DNA from: Octopus bimaculoides
Taxonomy: Eukaryota
Length of the DNA: 64,000 nt
Assembly (NCBI RefSeq): GCF_001194135.2
Contig: NC_069003.1
Span: 8,530,808-8,594,807 of the forward strand
Reading direction: 5' to 3'
Below, piece after piece: positions 1 through 13,145 of the stretch. A model generated the notes under the pieces. It saw only the letters and a program-made list of their open reading frames with translations, searched no databases and had not been told where the DNA came from. Each line of letters opens with the position of its first letter. Position 1 is the stretch's first letter. The position numbers and the translations under genes were made by a program.

Positions 1-966
1 TTATTACTATTATTATCATTAATATTATTACTATCTTTTTTTGTCTTGTCTGTGTGTTATAAGACGTACTACAAAATGGCCAACTTTTAAACTTTTCGTA
101 TTGATTCTTTTTTTTTATCATCGTCCTCCTGCCCCGTAATTTGCGTTCTATGGGTTTCATGTAAAGATTCTTTATTTGTTTGTCATTCGTTGTCAACATA
201 TAAAGCATGTTATCAAGCATGACAGCTGAATCATACGATTAACTTCTCGTTGTATATTTCCAATTTAGCAAACCTTATCTAATGGAGATTATTGGAAATT
301 TTCTCCAATTTCCGAACGATGTAACTATCTCTAATTTCACCAAAAAAAAAAAAAAAAAAAAAAAATTGATCCGGCCACATAAACTTTATACATACGGACT
401 TCATACGAATTGAAGAATATTAGAATAAAAAATAAAAGACAAACAAATACAGAATGCTACGTTAAAGGCGAACGAATGGACGATTCGGATTAAATATAGA
501 TAGTCTGTGAAAGACATGATTGGAATAACCAATATTAGATTTAATGCTTTGATAATTAAACGACTTCTCAGAAGTCGGATCGTGGATGTATTTATAATAT
601 CTTATCAAAGACCATACTTAATACAGATTTACTTAAGACACATGTAGCTATAGACCACCGACTACCACATGTCTAATTTGACAGATATGTTTGCGAGTTT
701 CTTCTCAGAGAAACTGCAAAGATTTAAGGATCATCTTAGGATACACGGGTCTAGGATTATACTTCTGAATTTAATATTGATTTCAAACAGCCAAATTATA
801 CATGGAATAATTTATGTGCACAGTTTTGAAATAGCAGATTATGTTTTTCAATATCCATCTTGGCACAGGAAGCAGTGGCTTTGCGTGTCTACAATATATT
901 TGTTCGATCCTGCCATCGGCGCACGTCGAGAAGTATTTCCTACAGATTTTCTATAAAGGAGCTCTA

Positions 967-1160
967 ACGATAGCTAAGCGATGCACTCTGGAATGGCTGT
1001 TCATGTTTTTAACCCCTGTTGCCTAAAACAAGTATTTTCTATAAGGAAGCTATGACTTTCAATATCATTTCAGGGCCCTCCTGCATAGTAACCGAGACTG
1101 ACGATAGCTAAGTGATGTGCTCTGCAATGACTGTTCGGGTTTTTAACACCTGTTGCCTAA
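967..1160. repeat. 60-bp direct repeat pair (967-1026, 1101-1160)
   Basis: acgatagctaag.gatg..ctctg.aatg.ctgttc..gtttttaac.cctgttgcctaa, 8 mismatches in 60. Confidence 0.9.
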
Positions 1161-1405
1161 GGTGAGAATTTCGCCCACAGCAAACCCCTGTGAAAAAGGC
1201 TTTTCACAAGTCAAATATACCCCATGAATATTTGAACTGATCTCAGACCTTATTAACTCGTAACCAGTCATGAATCACGTTTAGTTACACCACAAGAATT
1301 ATCGTATTTACTCATGTATTAATCGCACCACATATTTTTTTCATTTACAATCAAGTGTAAAATCTTAAAGCAGCGAAACTTATATACGGGTAAATGCAGT
1401 ACACG

Positions 1406-1448
<43 letters not shown>

Positions 1449-1631
1449 CCCTACTAGTAGTTTAGAACTCCCGACTTTATCGCTCTCAGAGTTATTGGTT
1501 CACGCAATCCCCGCTAGTACGACAAGGAAGGGGGGGGGGAGTTCCGCACAGGGACAACCGCAGAATCCCACACAACCTGGTTACCCTGACCGGCATTCAC
1601 ACGGGCCATTCTCGCTACAGACACCCAGCTT

Positions 1632-1838
1632 TCAACTAGTAGGACTGGAATTTGTAGGGAGATGATTGTCGATAACATCAACGCCAGTATCTGACCGCTG
1701 CTTAATTTATCGACCCCCGAAAGGATGAAAGGCAAAGTCGACGTCCGTGGTATTTGAACTCAGAACGAAAACACGGACGAAATGCCGCTAAGCATTTCGC
1801 CTGGTGTGCTAACGCTCGTACTTGCTCGTCGTGTTTCA

Positions 1839-1877
<39 letters not shown>

Positions 1878-2275
1878 TCTACTGGAAGTACAAGGCCTGA
1901 AATTTGGGGCAAGTGATTAAGTCGATTACAAAAACCCCAGCACGTAAATGGTACTTGTTTAATCGATCCCGAAAGGATAAAAGGCAAAGTCGACCCCGGC
2001 TGAATTTGAAGTCAGAACGTAGCGGGAAACGAAATACCAAACGAAAAGACAGACGAAATGCCGCTAAGCGTTTTAGCCGGCGTGCTAACGATTCCACCAC
2101 CTCATCGCCTTTCAATAATAATAATAATAATAATAATAATAATTCTTTCTACTATAGACACAATGCCTGAAATTTGGGGGTGGAGACAAGTCGATTACAT
2201 CGACCCTGGTGCATCACTGGTACTTAATTTATCGACCCCGAAAGGATGAAAGACGAAGTCGACCTCGGGGGTCGA
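1632..2275 (-). mobile_element. Three tandem copies of tRNA-derived SINE family A
   Basis: Each has the reverse complement of a B-box (gagttcaaat) and/or the central domain ctttcatcctttcggggtcgataaattaagtaccag. Copies 2 and 3 have (ATT)n tails at 1841-73 and 2115-42. Confidence 0.9.
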
Positions 2276-2894
2276 TACAAGGTCCCGAAATGATGAACTC
2301 GTCGCAAGTAATAATCAGAAGCACATTTGGAGATCTATTTGAAAATTGGATGCGTNNNNNNNNNNNNNNNNNNNNNNNNNNNNNNNNNNNNNNNNNNNNN
2401 NNNNNNNNNNNNNNNNNNNNNNNNNNNNNNNNNNNNNNNNNNNNNNNNNNNNNNNNNNNNNNNNNNNNNNNNNNNNNNNNNNNNNNNNNNNNNNNNNNNN
2501 NNNNNNNNNNNNNNNNNNNNNNNNNNNNNNNNNNNNNNNNNNNNNNNNNNNNNNNNNNNNNNNNNNNNNNNNNNNNNNNNNNNNNNNNNNNNNNNNNNNN
2601 NNNNNNNNNNNNNNNNNNNNNNNNNNNNNNNNNNNNNNNNNNNNNNNNNNNNNNNNNGTTGGTTTCGCAGCAATGGTGTTCCGAGATCGATCTCACATTC
2701 CGTCGCTTTGAACAAATGTTTTTTTTATTAAAGTCACAGGCAGATGAGATGGAAACAATGCTCACGCGCATAGTGTATGTATGTATGTATGTATGTATAT
2801 AGATATATATGCATGTATGTGTATATGTAATACATATAATGTATATACGTATATGTCATGTATATATGTATGCATGTATCCCATATGATGTATG

Positions 2895-3043
2895 TAGGCG
2901 CATGCTTACTCTTTAACTACATGGGTCTGGGTTCAATTTTACTAGGTGACACCTTGGGAAAGTGTCTTCTACAATAGCTTCAGGCTGACCAAAGCCTTGT
3001 GAGTGGATTTAGTTGGGGAAACTGAAAGACCGTCGTATATATA

Positions 3044-3125
<82 letters not shown>

Positions 3126-3580
3126 CAGTGGCGTATGGTAATTGTTGTACTGGGTATGCTGTCACATCCAGTATCACTAAATTTCTAGCAGTACCACTAA
3201 ATTTCTAGTATAATAAAAGTTTTCCAAGCTTGCTTACGAACCACATGGTTCCGGGTTCAGTCCCACTGCGCGGCACCTTGGGCAAGTGTCTTCTACTATA
3301 GCCTCGAGCCGACCAAAGCCTTGTGAGTGGATTTGGTAGACAGAAAATGAAAGAAGCCCGTCATATATATATGTGTGTGTCAGTATTTTCCCCCACCATC
3401 GCTTCACGACCGGTTTTGGAGTGATTACGTCGCCGTAACTTGGCCGTTCAGCTAAATAGACCGATAAAATAAGTACTAGACTTACAAGGAATCAGTCCTG
3501 GGGTTCAATTTGTTCGACTACAGGCGGTGCTGTAGCATTGCCGCAGTCAAATGACTGGTAAATGAATAAAAGAATAAATA
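2895..3580 (+). mobile_element. Two SINE family B copies (2895-3040 partial; 3227-3580)
   Basis: Both have accttggg(a/c)aagtgtcttctac and ccaaagccttgtgagtggattt. Confidence 0.88.
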
Positions 3581-3639
3581 CTTAATATCTTAAATGTATT
3601 TTTTCAAAATTCTTACTATTCTAAGAATAAGGAAACCAT

Positions 3640-3976
3640 ATAATAATTAAAATCAGCGCGTAGATCACCCACCAAAGTAAATTTGCTTACGTAAACTACA
3701 CGAAAAGTCGCACTAACATAAAGTAAACTAAAAAGTAAGCTAAAGTTATCTCCCTTTGACTTGTAGATCACACACCAAAGAGGAACCTTTCTTTTTCTTA
3801 AGAAATGACGTGAATTTAGCGCTGGTTTTTTGTAAAAATGCAACTGCCTTTTTCTCATCGCTGATCTCATTGAAAAATCTTTAGTCAACATCTTACGGGC
3901 TTTTAGAAATTGAAAAGTAAACCTAAAAAGTGACCTAAAGTTATCTCCCCTGTAGATCACACGCCAAAGCAGCACC
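3640..3976. mobile_element. Probable single end of a related Merlin-type element with subterminal repeats
   Basis: tgtagatcacacgccaaagcagcacc (3951-76) has the same length and the same tgtagatca...cacc ends as the TIR at 32715-40. gtagatcac occurs 3 times, and a ~60-bp unit is duplicated (3720-80, 3914-69). Confidence 0.45.
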
Positions 3977-4670
3977 GTTTTTCTGTTGTATTTGTAATCT
4001 TTCGAATAATGCCACCTCACTGGTTAAGCGAGTAGACCACCATTCCCCACTGATCGGAAGATTAATCCGTCACGGGGGTTGTCCATTCATTGTTGAGTGT
4101 ACTGGAACAAAGTGAAACGAAGTGTTCCGTTTTGGTCAAGAACACAATGTACCACTCGGTTCAGACCAGGGGAATCGAACCCACGATCTTTCGATCTTGC
4201 TTACAACGCCCTAAACACTACGTCACGCGCCTTCACAAACAAAGAAATAAATGCAATGAAATAAACCAACGATTACGAGATAAACAGACCGGATATTAAT
4301 TAGGTTTGTAGTCAGAAATCAGAAGGAGCCGTCTGGTGTAGTATAACAAGCAAATACGATAAATAGCGATGTAGTGTTGTTTATTTACAGATTTCAATGT
4401 TGCATAATAACGTTGGTCAATCGAAGTCATATACTGCAAAAATGTCTGATAGTTTAGCGCACAATACAGTATAAAAAAAAACAAAACACAAGCACAGGAT
4501 ATGTTTTTACTATTTCAATTAAGAACCAGTTAATCAATGGACAAAATAAAGTGGAATGATTAAAACATATTGATTAGGTTCTAAATCGATAGTTTGTTGG
4601 GATGGGTTGTAGCCAAAATGGATCGTTCCGCAGTGTATTCTGTTATTGTTTTGTTTGTTTTGTTGTTTTG

Positions 4671-5098
4671 TTCTTTTACTTGTTTCAGTCATTTGACTGC
4701 GGCCATGCTGGAGCACCGCCTTTTAATCGAACAAATCGAGCCCCCCCCCCCTCGCGCCAGGACGTATTCGTTCTAAGCCTGGCATTTATTCTATCAGTCT
4801 CTTTTGCCAAATCGCTTATGTTACGGGAAGGTAAACATACCAACATCGGTTGTCAAGTGATGGGTTGGGTGGGTTGGTGGGGGGACAAACCCAAACACAA
4901 AGGCACACACATAAATACACCCCCCATACATATACACGACGGGCTTCTTTTCAGTTTCTGTCGACCAAACACTCACAAGACTTTGGTCGGCCCGAAGCTA
5001 TAGTAGAAAACACTTGCCCAAAGTGCACCGCAGTGGGACTGAACCCGGAACTATGTAGCTAGGTAGCAAGCTTCTTACCACACAGCCACACCTAAGCC
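4671..5098 (-). mobile_element. SINE family B
   Basis: Reverse complement of the 48759 copy along its length. Confidence 0.9.
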
Positions 5099-5310
5099 TA
5101 TATATTAATCATATTAGATACATTATTTGAAAATCTGAGTTACACATTTATTTATCGACGGTATTTAGTCTAGTCTAGGAAGGATTCTTTGTGAATAAGC
5201 GTGTCTCAGAAATAACCGTAATTTCAACTGAGAAATAACCATTGTTTAACCATTTCGGCAGCTTGCATTTGCGATCGCTCTCTTTCTGTCATAACCCGAC
5301 ATACGTGACT

Positions 5311-5347
5311 ATGGATGAGGATAGGCACGAAAGTCGAAATGAAGATA
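5311..5347 (+). other. Candidate first coding exon (MDEDRHESRNED), unverified
   Basis: ATG at 5311, donor gtaagt at 5348, in a unique CpG-richer zone (5150-5880). Confidence 0.2.
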
Positions 5348-5890
5348 GTAAGTTTGGATCAATTCTAAATAAAGTTAATTCTGTTGTGTAAATATTAGTG
5401 CATATTTTTATTTATTGAAATTCGATTTCTGTTGAAGCTCAGTCATTCGTTTCCTTACCAGTAATAATGTATTGTCTTTCTAAACGCCTCAGTCTCTTTG
5501 TCTTTATTAATGTCCGGCCATCGGTTTTAAGAGAGCGAGAGACAGACGGACAGAGACAGACAGAGAGAGAACAATAATTTATTCCAATGGTTGCTTCTTT
5601 GTTTACGTACATCAATCAGTTCCGACTTTATTTGCATTCAGAAGCAAACTTGATTTTATATCCAATACATTCACTCTTTCTGAACTTTGGCAAAAAGATC
5701 ATCGGTTGCTTCTGTCTGCAAATGTCGCCTGTACATATGTATGTATGTATGTATGTACGTAGCTTTATGAAGTCTGTCCGCGTTTACGTCGCCGTCGACA
5801 ACGCAGAGGAAATTAGCGATCCTTTCCGTGGAGCGAAAGAAAAATACACGAATGCGCTTGCAGCTTTTGTTTCGTTGCTAATAAAATGTG

Positions 5891-6320
5891 CTAGTGATAA
5901 TAATAATAATAATAATAATGATAATAATAATAACAATAATAATATTAAGAATAATCACGATGATGATGTTAATAATGATGGTGATGATGAAGATGATGAT
6001 GTTAATAATAACGATGATACTAATAGTAATGATAATTATGATGATGATAATGGTAATAATAATAATGATGATGATGATGATGATAATAATAATGATGATA
6101 ATAATAATAATATCTGACAAAACAACAATGGTGACGATGATAGCAACTACGACAACAACAACAGTAATAACAAACACAAGAATATCAATAGTACCAATAA
6201 AAGTAGTAATAGTGGTGATGATGATGTTGCTGCTGATGATTATGATCATGACAGTGATGCTGATGGTAATGATGATGATGATGTCGATGATGATGATGGT
6301 GTCGGTAGTGATGATGATGA
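5891..6320. repeat. Compound trinucleotide microsatellite (AAT/GAT/ACA)n
   Basis: Seen directly; it explains the poly-N/D/I/M ORFs. Confidence 0.95.
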
Positions 6321-6739
6321 TTTACAGAGATAGACTTTTTTTCTTTTTTTCTTTTTGTCTTTCTTCCCCTGATCATTATTATTTATTATCATCAGAATCA
6401 CTTTTCGCTGTTTAAGCAACGACGGTAACACGAGCAGGAAATCAAACAAAATATGAAATAATTAAATACAGCAAAAATATCTTAAAAAAAAAAAATAATA
6501 ATTTCTTTTTATTATTCCCCCTTTCTGTACAACTGTTGATGTTGAGGCTAATACTACTGCTGCTACTGCTACTACTACTGCTGATAATGGTGTTTGTACA
6601 ACAGCTATTTCAACTATTTCTGTTGTTGCTACTAATGCCGACAATATGGCTGCTACTGCAAGAGTTTTCGCCATGTTTTCTTTTTTTTAAAATTTTTGTC
6701 CTGTACTACTAAAAACGTTTGTCTTCCACGATACACTGC

Positions 6740-6784
<45 letters not shown>

Positions 6785-7399
6785 AATAGTTATGTCTTGG
6801 TTACGACGTTTTGAACATGTTTTGATGTGCCGATCAAATAATGGTGGAAGAACATTATTAATTAAGGATGTTGTAGTTTGCTTTTGAAGGTAATAACTCT
6901 GATTCCATTGCTCGGTTTTCATTATATTTTCTGATGATTGCTGTTGATATATACATCTAGTCTCTTGTCAATTGTCGTTGCTTTAATCAAATAACAGCAA
7001 GTAATTCGGCTTTGATTGTTTTCCACACAATCGTCTGTCCTTAATTGGTGTTAGATAATAAAAAAGAACCGTGCTGGAATGTTCTTGCGTGTAAATTACA
7101 GGAATGGCAGTGAAGAGGAAGATATGTTTTTTTTAATATCATTCCTGCCTGTAACTAGTGTGGTTGATTTTTCTGTTGAAGGGATGTGAGCTCACGATTG
7201 CAGACATGAAATATTTGCTAAAGATACACAAGCTCTTCAGGGCGAAACGAAAGCAAAGACATCACTGCATGTCTAAGGGTTTTTGTTAGAATCAATTTAT
7301 CTAGCTAATTAAGACTATTTCCTCTAACAGATTCTGCTTTTCAGTTGTTCTTATCAGATATGTACCGAGGTCGAATCCGTGTGTCGCAAAGAGAAAAAA

Positions 7400-7855
7400 G
7401 TTTAATTGTTCCACTGAAAATATGCTTGTTAGGTTACATGGCCAACTACACTGACCAGATCACAGAAGCTGTCCAGTTTATTCTAAGATATTATCACTTT
7501 TCATTTCTTGACAAAACCAGACCAAAGGTATATAAATGTAAATAGCGTATAATATCGTTGGCCAGATACACGAAACTTGTTCTGCGTTAAAAAGTTTCTA
7601 AAACAAATTTCGAGAGTCTATAAATATCAGAGACATGACAAGGTTGCTACAATCATATATTGGCAAATCGATAAAAAAATTTGAATATAGTGAAAATGGT
7701 TTGAGTATTAAACACAGCGCATCTTTGAAGATGACGATGTAAATTTAATATGGGATGTGAAGATTCAGATATAGAGGCAAATAAAATATATAGGTTCATA
7801 TATTGTCATGCTCAATAAAAAGGAAAGAAAGTGTCCCTTATTCGTTAACCAAAAT
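7400..7855 (+). mobile_element. Highly degenerate R4/Dong-type RLE retrotransposon fragment
   Basis: Broken frames give LHGQLH, YQRHDKVATIIYWQI, DDVNLIWDVKIQ and IVMLNKKERKC, in the same motif order as the 17482-18520 element. Confidence 0.65.
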
Positions 7856-7859
7856 ATTT

Positions 7860-8090
7860 TTTTAAAGGCTTCTACACCCCCATATCTCATCCAATATAGG
7901 AACATAATCTATCCATGTGTCTAAGGGCCATACCTGTTGACCACTTGAATTATGAGTAGGGTGTCTCCAGGTACGTTTTCAGACACCTGTAAGCCTTTGG
8001 TATTCTTCCTTCTCCTTTAGACAACAACGCAATCCACTCATGCGTTTAAGGGTCATTTTAATTGGCCACTAAAATCTATGAATTGGGTGT
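7860..8090 (-). mobile_element. Possible C-terminal RLE fragment in opposite orientation
   Basis: Minus strand gives LKEKEEYQRL...KRTW then a degenerate VV.G..AL stretch, resembling EKxxKYxxL..W..PVVIGALG. Heavily decayed. Confidence 0.4.
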
Positions 8091-8329
8091 CGATAGAGAT
8101 ACACCCTAACAACCACCAACCCTAGCGCAACATTATCATTGCTTTAGTCTGCAATCTGGGCCCCAAATTTCCGTCCATTGGCAGTTTAAGATTTAGGTCG
8201 TAGACGGGCAAAATGACCGCTTGCCATATTCTGTGAACCTATGACCACTTAATATTTAAAGTCATGAAGAGATTGGTATATAAATAGTGTATTTGACCGA
8301 GCACCATACTCTATGCATTAAAGCATAAG

Positions 8330-8715
8330 TATATTTTTTTATTATTATTTTAGCCATTTGAGTGTGGCCATACTTTGGTACTACTACGGAGGGTTTTGCT
8401 GGACAAATTGACCCAATACTTATTTTTAAGTCTGGCATTAATTCGACCGGTCTCTTTTGCCGAAACACTAAGTTATATGGCTATAAGTAAACCTACACCG
8501 GTTGTGAAGCAGTGGTAGAAGACAAAAAACGAATACACAAAGATATGAATACAGGCTTCTATACAGTTTCCGGCAATCAAATACACTCATAAAGCGTTGG
8601 TCGGAAGTTAAGATACAAGAAGACACTTGCCTAGTTCAACGGTTCGTGCTGCAGAACTGAACCCGACAGCACGCGGTTGCGAAGTGAGCTTGTTAACCAC
8701 TCAGCTAACCATGTT
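8330..8715 (-). mobile_element. Decayed SINE family B
   Basis: accggtctcttttgccgaaac.ctaagtta, tacactcataaagcgttggtcgg, agaagacacttgcc, actgaacccg. Confidence 0.8.
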
Positions 8716-9131
8716 TGTAATGTGAAATACGAGCTCTTACATAAATAAATTCGCGACAAAATTTGGAGGAAACTGTCGCAAAGAACGATTGAAACAGATA
8801 ACCAAGATATTACTCTCGTACTCAACATATTTCTATATTGCTTACTCCCGTCAATTCAAATGTTAAATCTACGAGAATATTCTCATACGATACCCGGTGT
8901 ATGTGACAAGCTGGTTAAAAACACAACTTTTACACATAAAATGATACAGAAACATTTTTTTCTGCCACATTAAACACAATATGATTGATGTTTAATAACG
9001 TAACTTTATCATGTATCTAGAGGTTGCCGTTTATCACGCAATTGATCATTTTAATACGATCTCATTCTCTTTCCTCCTCCAACTTCCTCTCTCTTTCCCA
9101 TCCACAACATATCTCTTTCTCTCTCTCCCTT

Positions 9132-9175
<44 letters not shown>

Positions 9176-9389
9176 CATATCCATCTACACGCACACATAT
9201 ATAAGTATATGAATATATATATGTATATATAAATATTTATATATATATATATATATATATAGATATATATACACATATATATATTTATATACATATGAAT
9301 ATACAGATATATATATACATACGTATATATATATCTGTATATATAAATGCATATCAATATATACCTGCATATATACATACATATATATT

Positions 9390-9447
<58 letters not shown>

Positions 9448-9598
9448 CGTGTTCCTGTAGACGCACTCAGCGCAAACAATCGTTCGGCTACACGTACACA
9501 TATATTCATATGCATTTCGAGTGTCTAACCAGTATTATTTTATTTTATTTTATTTTATTTTATTTTTTTTTGGTTAGTGAATTATTATAAATACTATA

Positions 9599-9639
<41 letters not shown>

Positions 9640-9992
9640 GTAAAAATAAGTATGTTTTTCATAGTCATTGAGTTCTCGGCTGAAAATTGTTTGCGCAAGA
9701 AATATTTTCGTATTGTAGCTTAAAGAGATTTTACTCCTGTTTATTTTTCATATCATTATGCTCAATTTATTATTATGGCCAAATTATTTTAACCAGAGAA
9801 TGCTGCAGTGTTAGAATTTTACGAGCTTTTTGCTGCTATCTATATTCCGTGTATCACAGATCTTTCGATGGCTTACTCGGGAGAACGTCTGCTTCTTCAC
9901 AATTCATCTACTGATCTAGCCCTCCGATGACTGCTGCTCTCTGCTTTCTCCAAAAACTGGTGTTAATATTACTAGCTGACAGCTTCAATCAA

Positions 9993-10206
9993 CAGCTCCT
10001 CTCATCGGGATAATAATGATAATATTTATATAATTTTAAATATATATAGTTGAATAAAATTTAAGTAAAAACTACTACTGTTACTATTAATAGTTGTCGG
10101 CTTAAAAAAAAACAAAAAAAACCCAGCTATTCTCATCGGGATAATAATAATGATATTTATATAATTTTAAATATATATACATAGTTGACTAAAATTTCAG
10201 TAAAAA
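9993..10206. repeat. ~80-bp direct duplication (9993-10070, 10124-10206)
   Basis: Shared ctcatcgggataataat..atatttatataattttaaatatatata..tagttga.taaaattt.agtaaaa. Confidence 0.85.
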
Positions 10207-10576
10207 AGCTTACAATATGCCATACAAAGCCTGTCCACTGATTTTGGTATTCGTTCTTGTAGTATAAAATGAAATGAGAGCCTGATCTTGCGAAGGATTT
10301 ATTCAAATTACTCAGCTGAAGAGACCCACTGTTTACACATATGATAGACACCTTTGATGGTAGTGATTACGTAATATGGGGATTAAATCATCTCACCGAC
10401 GTACTACTGCTGTGACGACGTATGATAGGGGATTATAGTGACTGGTGAGAAAGGCAGAATGGTATACATATAAGATTCCAATACCTGCATATTTCACATC
10501 TATTTTCATTCTTCCACTTCACTCTCTATTTCATATCTTTTCGAAATTAACTATTGCTTAACCATTTTCTCACACC

Positions 10577-10624
10577 GTCTCCGATGAAGGGATATATAAA
10601 ATATCCCGGAAACAGCTGTAAGAC
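10577..10624 (+). ncRNA. Type I hammerhead ribozyme-like motif (U4C)
   Basis: gtct-CCGATGA-a-gggatat(ataaa)atatccc-g-GAAA-cagctg-T-A-agac. 4-bp stem I, 7-bp stem II, palindromic stem III ACAGCTGT, GUA triplet. Confidence 0.7.
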
Positions 10625-11497
10625 CTTCTATTTATAAATGTTCTAAAATCTTTCATAGCCTTGGATTTTTATGTCGTTCTGAAAAAAAAAAAATTATATA
10701 TATGTTTTCGGTGCGAATGGTTTTTTTATACATTGTCGTGTTTTACAATCCTGTAAATAATAATTATATAAACTTAAAGCATATGGCGATCAGCGTGCAA
10801 TGACTAATGAAAATAATCTAATGAAGGGGCATTTAATCCCTCGACGTTNNNNNNNNNNNNNNNNNNNNNNNNNNNNNNNNNNNNNNNNNNNNNNNNNNNN
10901 NNNNNNNNNNNNNNNNNNNNNNNNNNNNNNNNNNNNNNNNNNNNNNNNNNNNNNNNNNNNNNNNNNNNNNNNNNNNNNNNNNNNNNNNNNNNNNNNNNNN
11001 NNNNNNNNNNNNNNNNNNNNNNNNNNNNNNNNNNNNNNNNNNNNNNNNNNNNNNNNNNNNNNNNNNNNNNNNNNNNNNNNNNNNNNNNNNNNNNNNNNNN
11101 NNNNNNNNNNNNNNNNNNNNNNNNNNNNNNNNNNNNNNNNNNNNNNNNNNNNNNNNNNNNNNNNNNNNNNNNNNNNNNNNNNNNNNNNNNNNNNNNNNNN
11201 NNNNNNNNNNNNNNNNNNNNNNNNNNNNNNNNNNNNNNNNNNNNNNNNNNNNNNNNNNNNNNNNNNNNNNNNNNNNNNNNNNNNNNNNNNNNNNNNNNNN
11301 NNNNNNNNNNNNNNNNNNNNNNNNNNNNNNNNNNNNNNNNNNNNNNNNNNNNNNNNNNNNNNNNNNNNNNNNNNNNNNNNNNNNNNNNNNNNNNNNNNNN
11401 NNNNNNNNNNNNNNNNNNNNNNNNNNNNNNNNNNNNNNNNNNNNNNNNNNNNNNNNNNNNNNNNNNNNNNNNNNNNNNNNNNNNNNNNNNNNNNNNN

Positions 11498-11819
11498 AGG
11501 ACTTATTCTTTGGAAGCCTAGTACTTATTCTATCGGTCTCTTTTGCCGAACCACTAAGTTACGGGGACATAAACACACCAGCATCGGTTGTCAAGCGATG
11601 TTGGGGGGACAAACACAGACATACAAACACACACACACACATACACATATATATACACATATACGACGGGCTTCTTTCAGTTTCCGTCTACCAAATCCAC
11701 TCACAAGGCATTGGTCGGCCCGAGGCTATAGTAGAAGGCACTTGCCCAAGATGCCACGCAGTGGGACTGAACCCGGGACCATGTGGTTGGTAAGCAAGCT
11801 ACTTACCACACAGCCACTC
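11498..11819 (-). mobile_element. SINE family B
   Basis: Near-consensus reverse-complement copy. Confidence 0.9.
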
Positions 11820-13086
11820 TTTATATATGTGCAAAATTGTATATATATGTAAATAGAAAGAGAGTGAGAAATAGGAGAGTGAGAGGGAAATTCATACAGA
11901 TATAAGCCTGTGGTCATGTCAGCGTGTATATGTCATATATATGTATATATATTTGTAGGTGTCTTGTGTGTGTGTGCATTTGTATGATGTATACAAATCC
12001 ATATAAAAATATGTAGGGTCCAAGCAAGAATGCATACTTCAAAGCGTAAACCTACACCTATACATATACAAACTATATATATAGAGATAGATACATATAT
12101 ACATACAAATATATATATATATATATATATATATCACAATACATCTTTTCCTTCTCTCACTCTTTTCCTACTGCTTTGTATTTTTATCTCCCTTTGTCTT
12201 CCGCCATCTTTCTCTCTCCCTTTCTGTTCATATCTGTATCTCGCACTATTATAAATATCCTTCAAATATCATTCAAATAACCTACTGATTCAGCTGCCAT
12301 CACCTTTGTTCATGTGTTTAATCTACTATTACATTATGTTCTCGGCTTCTTTTTTCATATGCATTCATATATATATATATATATTCACACACACATATAT
12401 ATATATATATATANNNNNNNNNNNNNNNNNNNNNNNNNNNNNNNNNNNNNNNNNNNNNNNNNNNNNNNNNNNNNNNNNNNNNNNNNNNNNNNNNNNNNNN
12501 NNNNNNNNNNNNNNNNNNNNNNNNNNNNNNNNNNNNNNNNNNNNNNNNNNNNNNNNNNNNNNNNNNNNNNNNNNNNNNNNNNNNNNNNNNNNNNNNNNNN
12601 NNNNNNNNNNNNNNNNNNNNNNNNNNNNNNNNNNNNNNNNNNNNNNNNNNNNNNNNNNNNNNNNNNNNNNNNNNNNNNNNNNNNNNNNNNNNNNNNNNNN
12701 NNNNNNNNNNNNNNNNNNNNNNNNNNNNNNNNNNNNNNNNNNNNNNNNNNNNNNNNNNNNNNNNNNNNNNNNNNNNNNNNNNNNNNNNNNNNNNNNNNNN
12801 NNNNNNNNNNNNNNNNNNNNNNNNNNNNNNNNNNNNNNNNNNNNNNNNNNNNNNNNNNNNNNNNNNNNNNNNNNNNNNNNNNNNNNNNNNNNNNNNNNNN
12901 NNNNNNNNNNNNNNNNNNNNNNNNNNNNNNNNNNNNNNNNNNNNNNNNNNNNNNNNNNNNNNNNNNNNNNNNNNNNNNNNNNNNNNNNNNNNNNNNNNNN
13001 NNNNNNNNNNNNNNNNNNNNNNNNNNNNNNNNNNNNNNNNNNNNNNNNNNNNNNNNNNNNNNNNNNNNNNNNNNNNNNNNNNNNNN

Positions 13087-13145
<59 letters not shown>

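Noticed and set aside
9855-9900. GTGAAGA...GAAAGATCT on the minus strand
   Set aside because: G at the cleavage position and no stem I or II.
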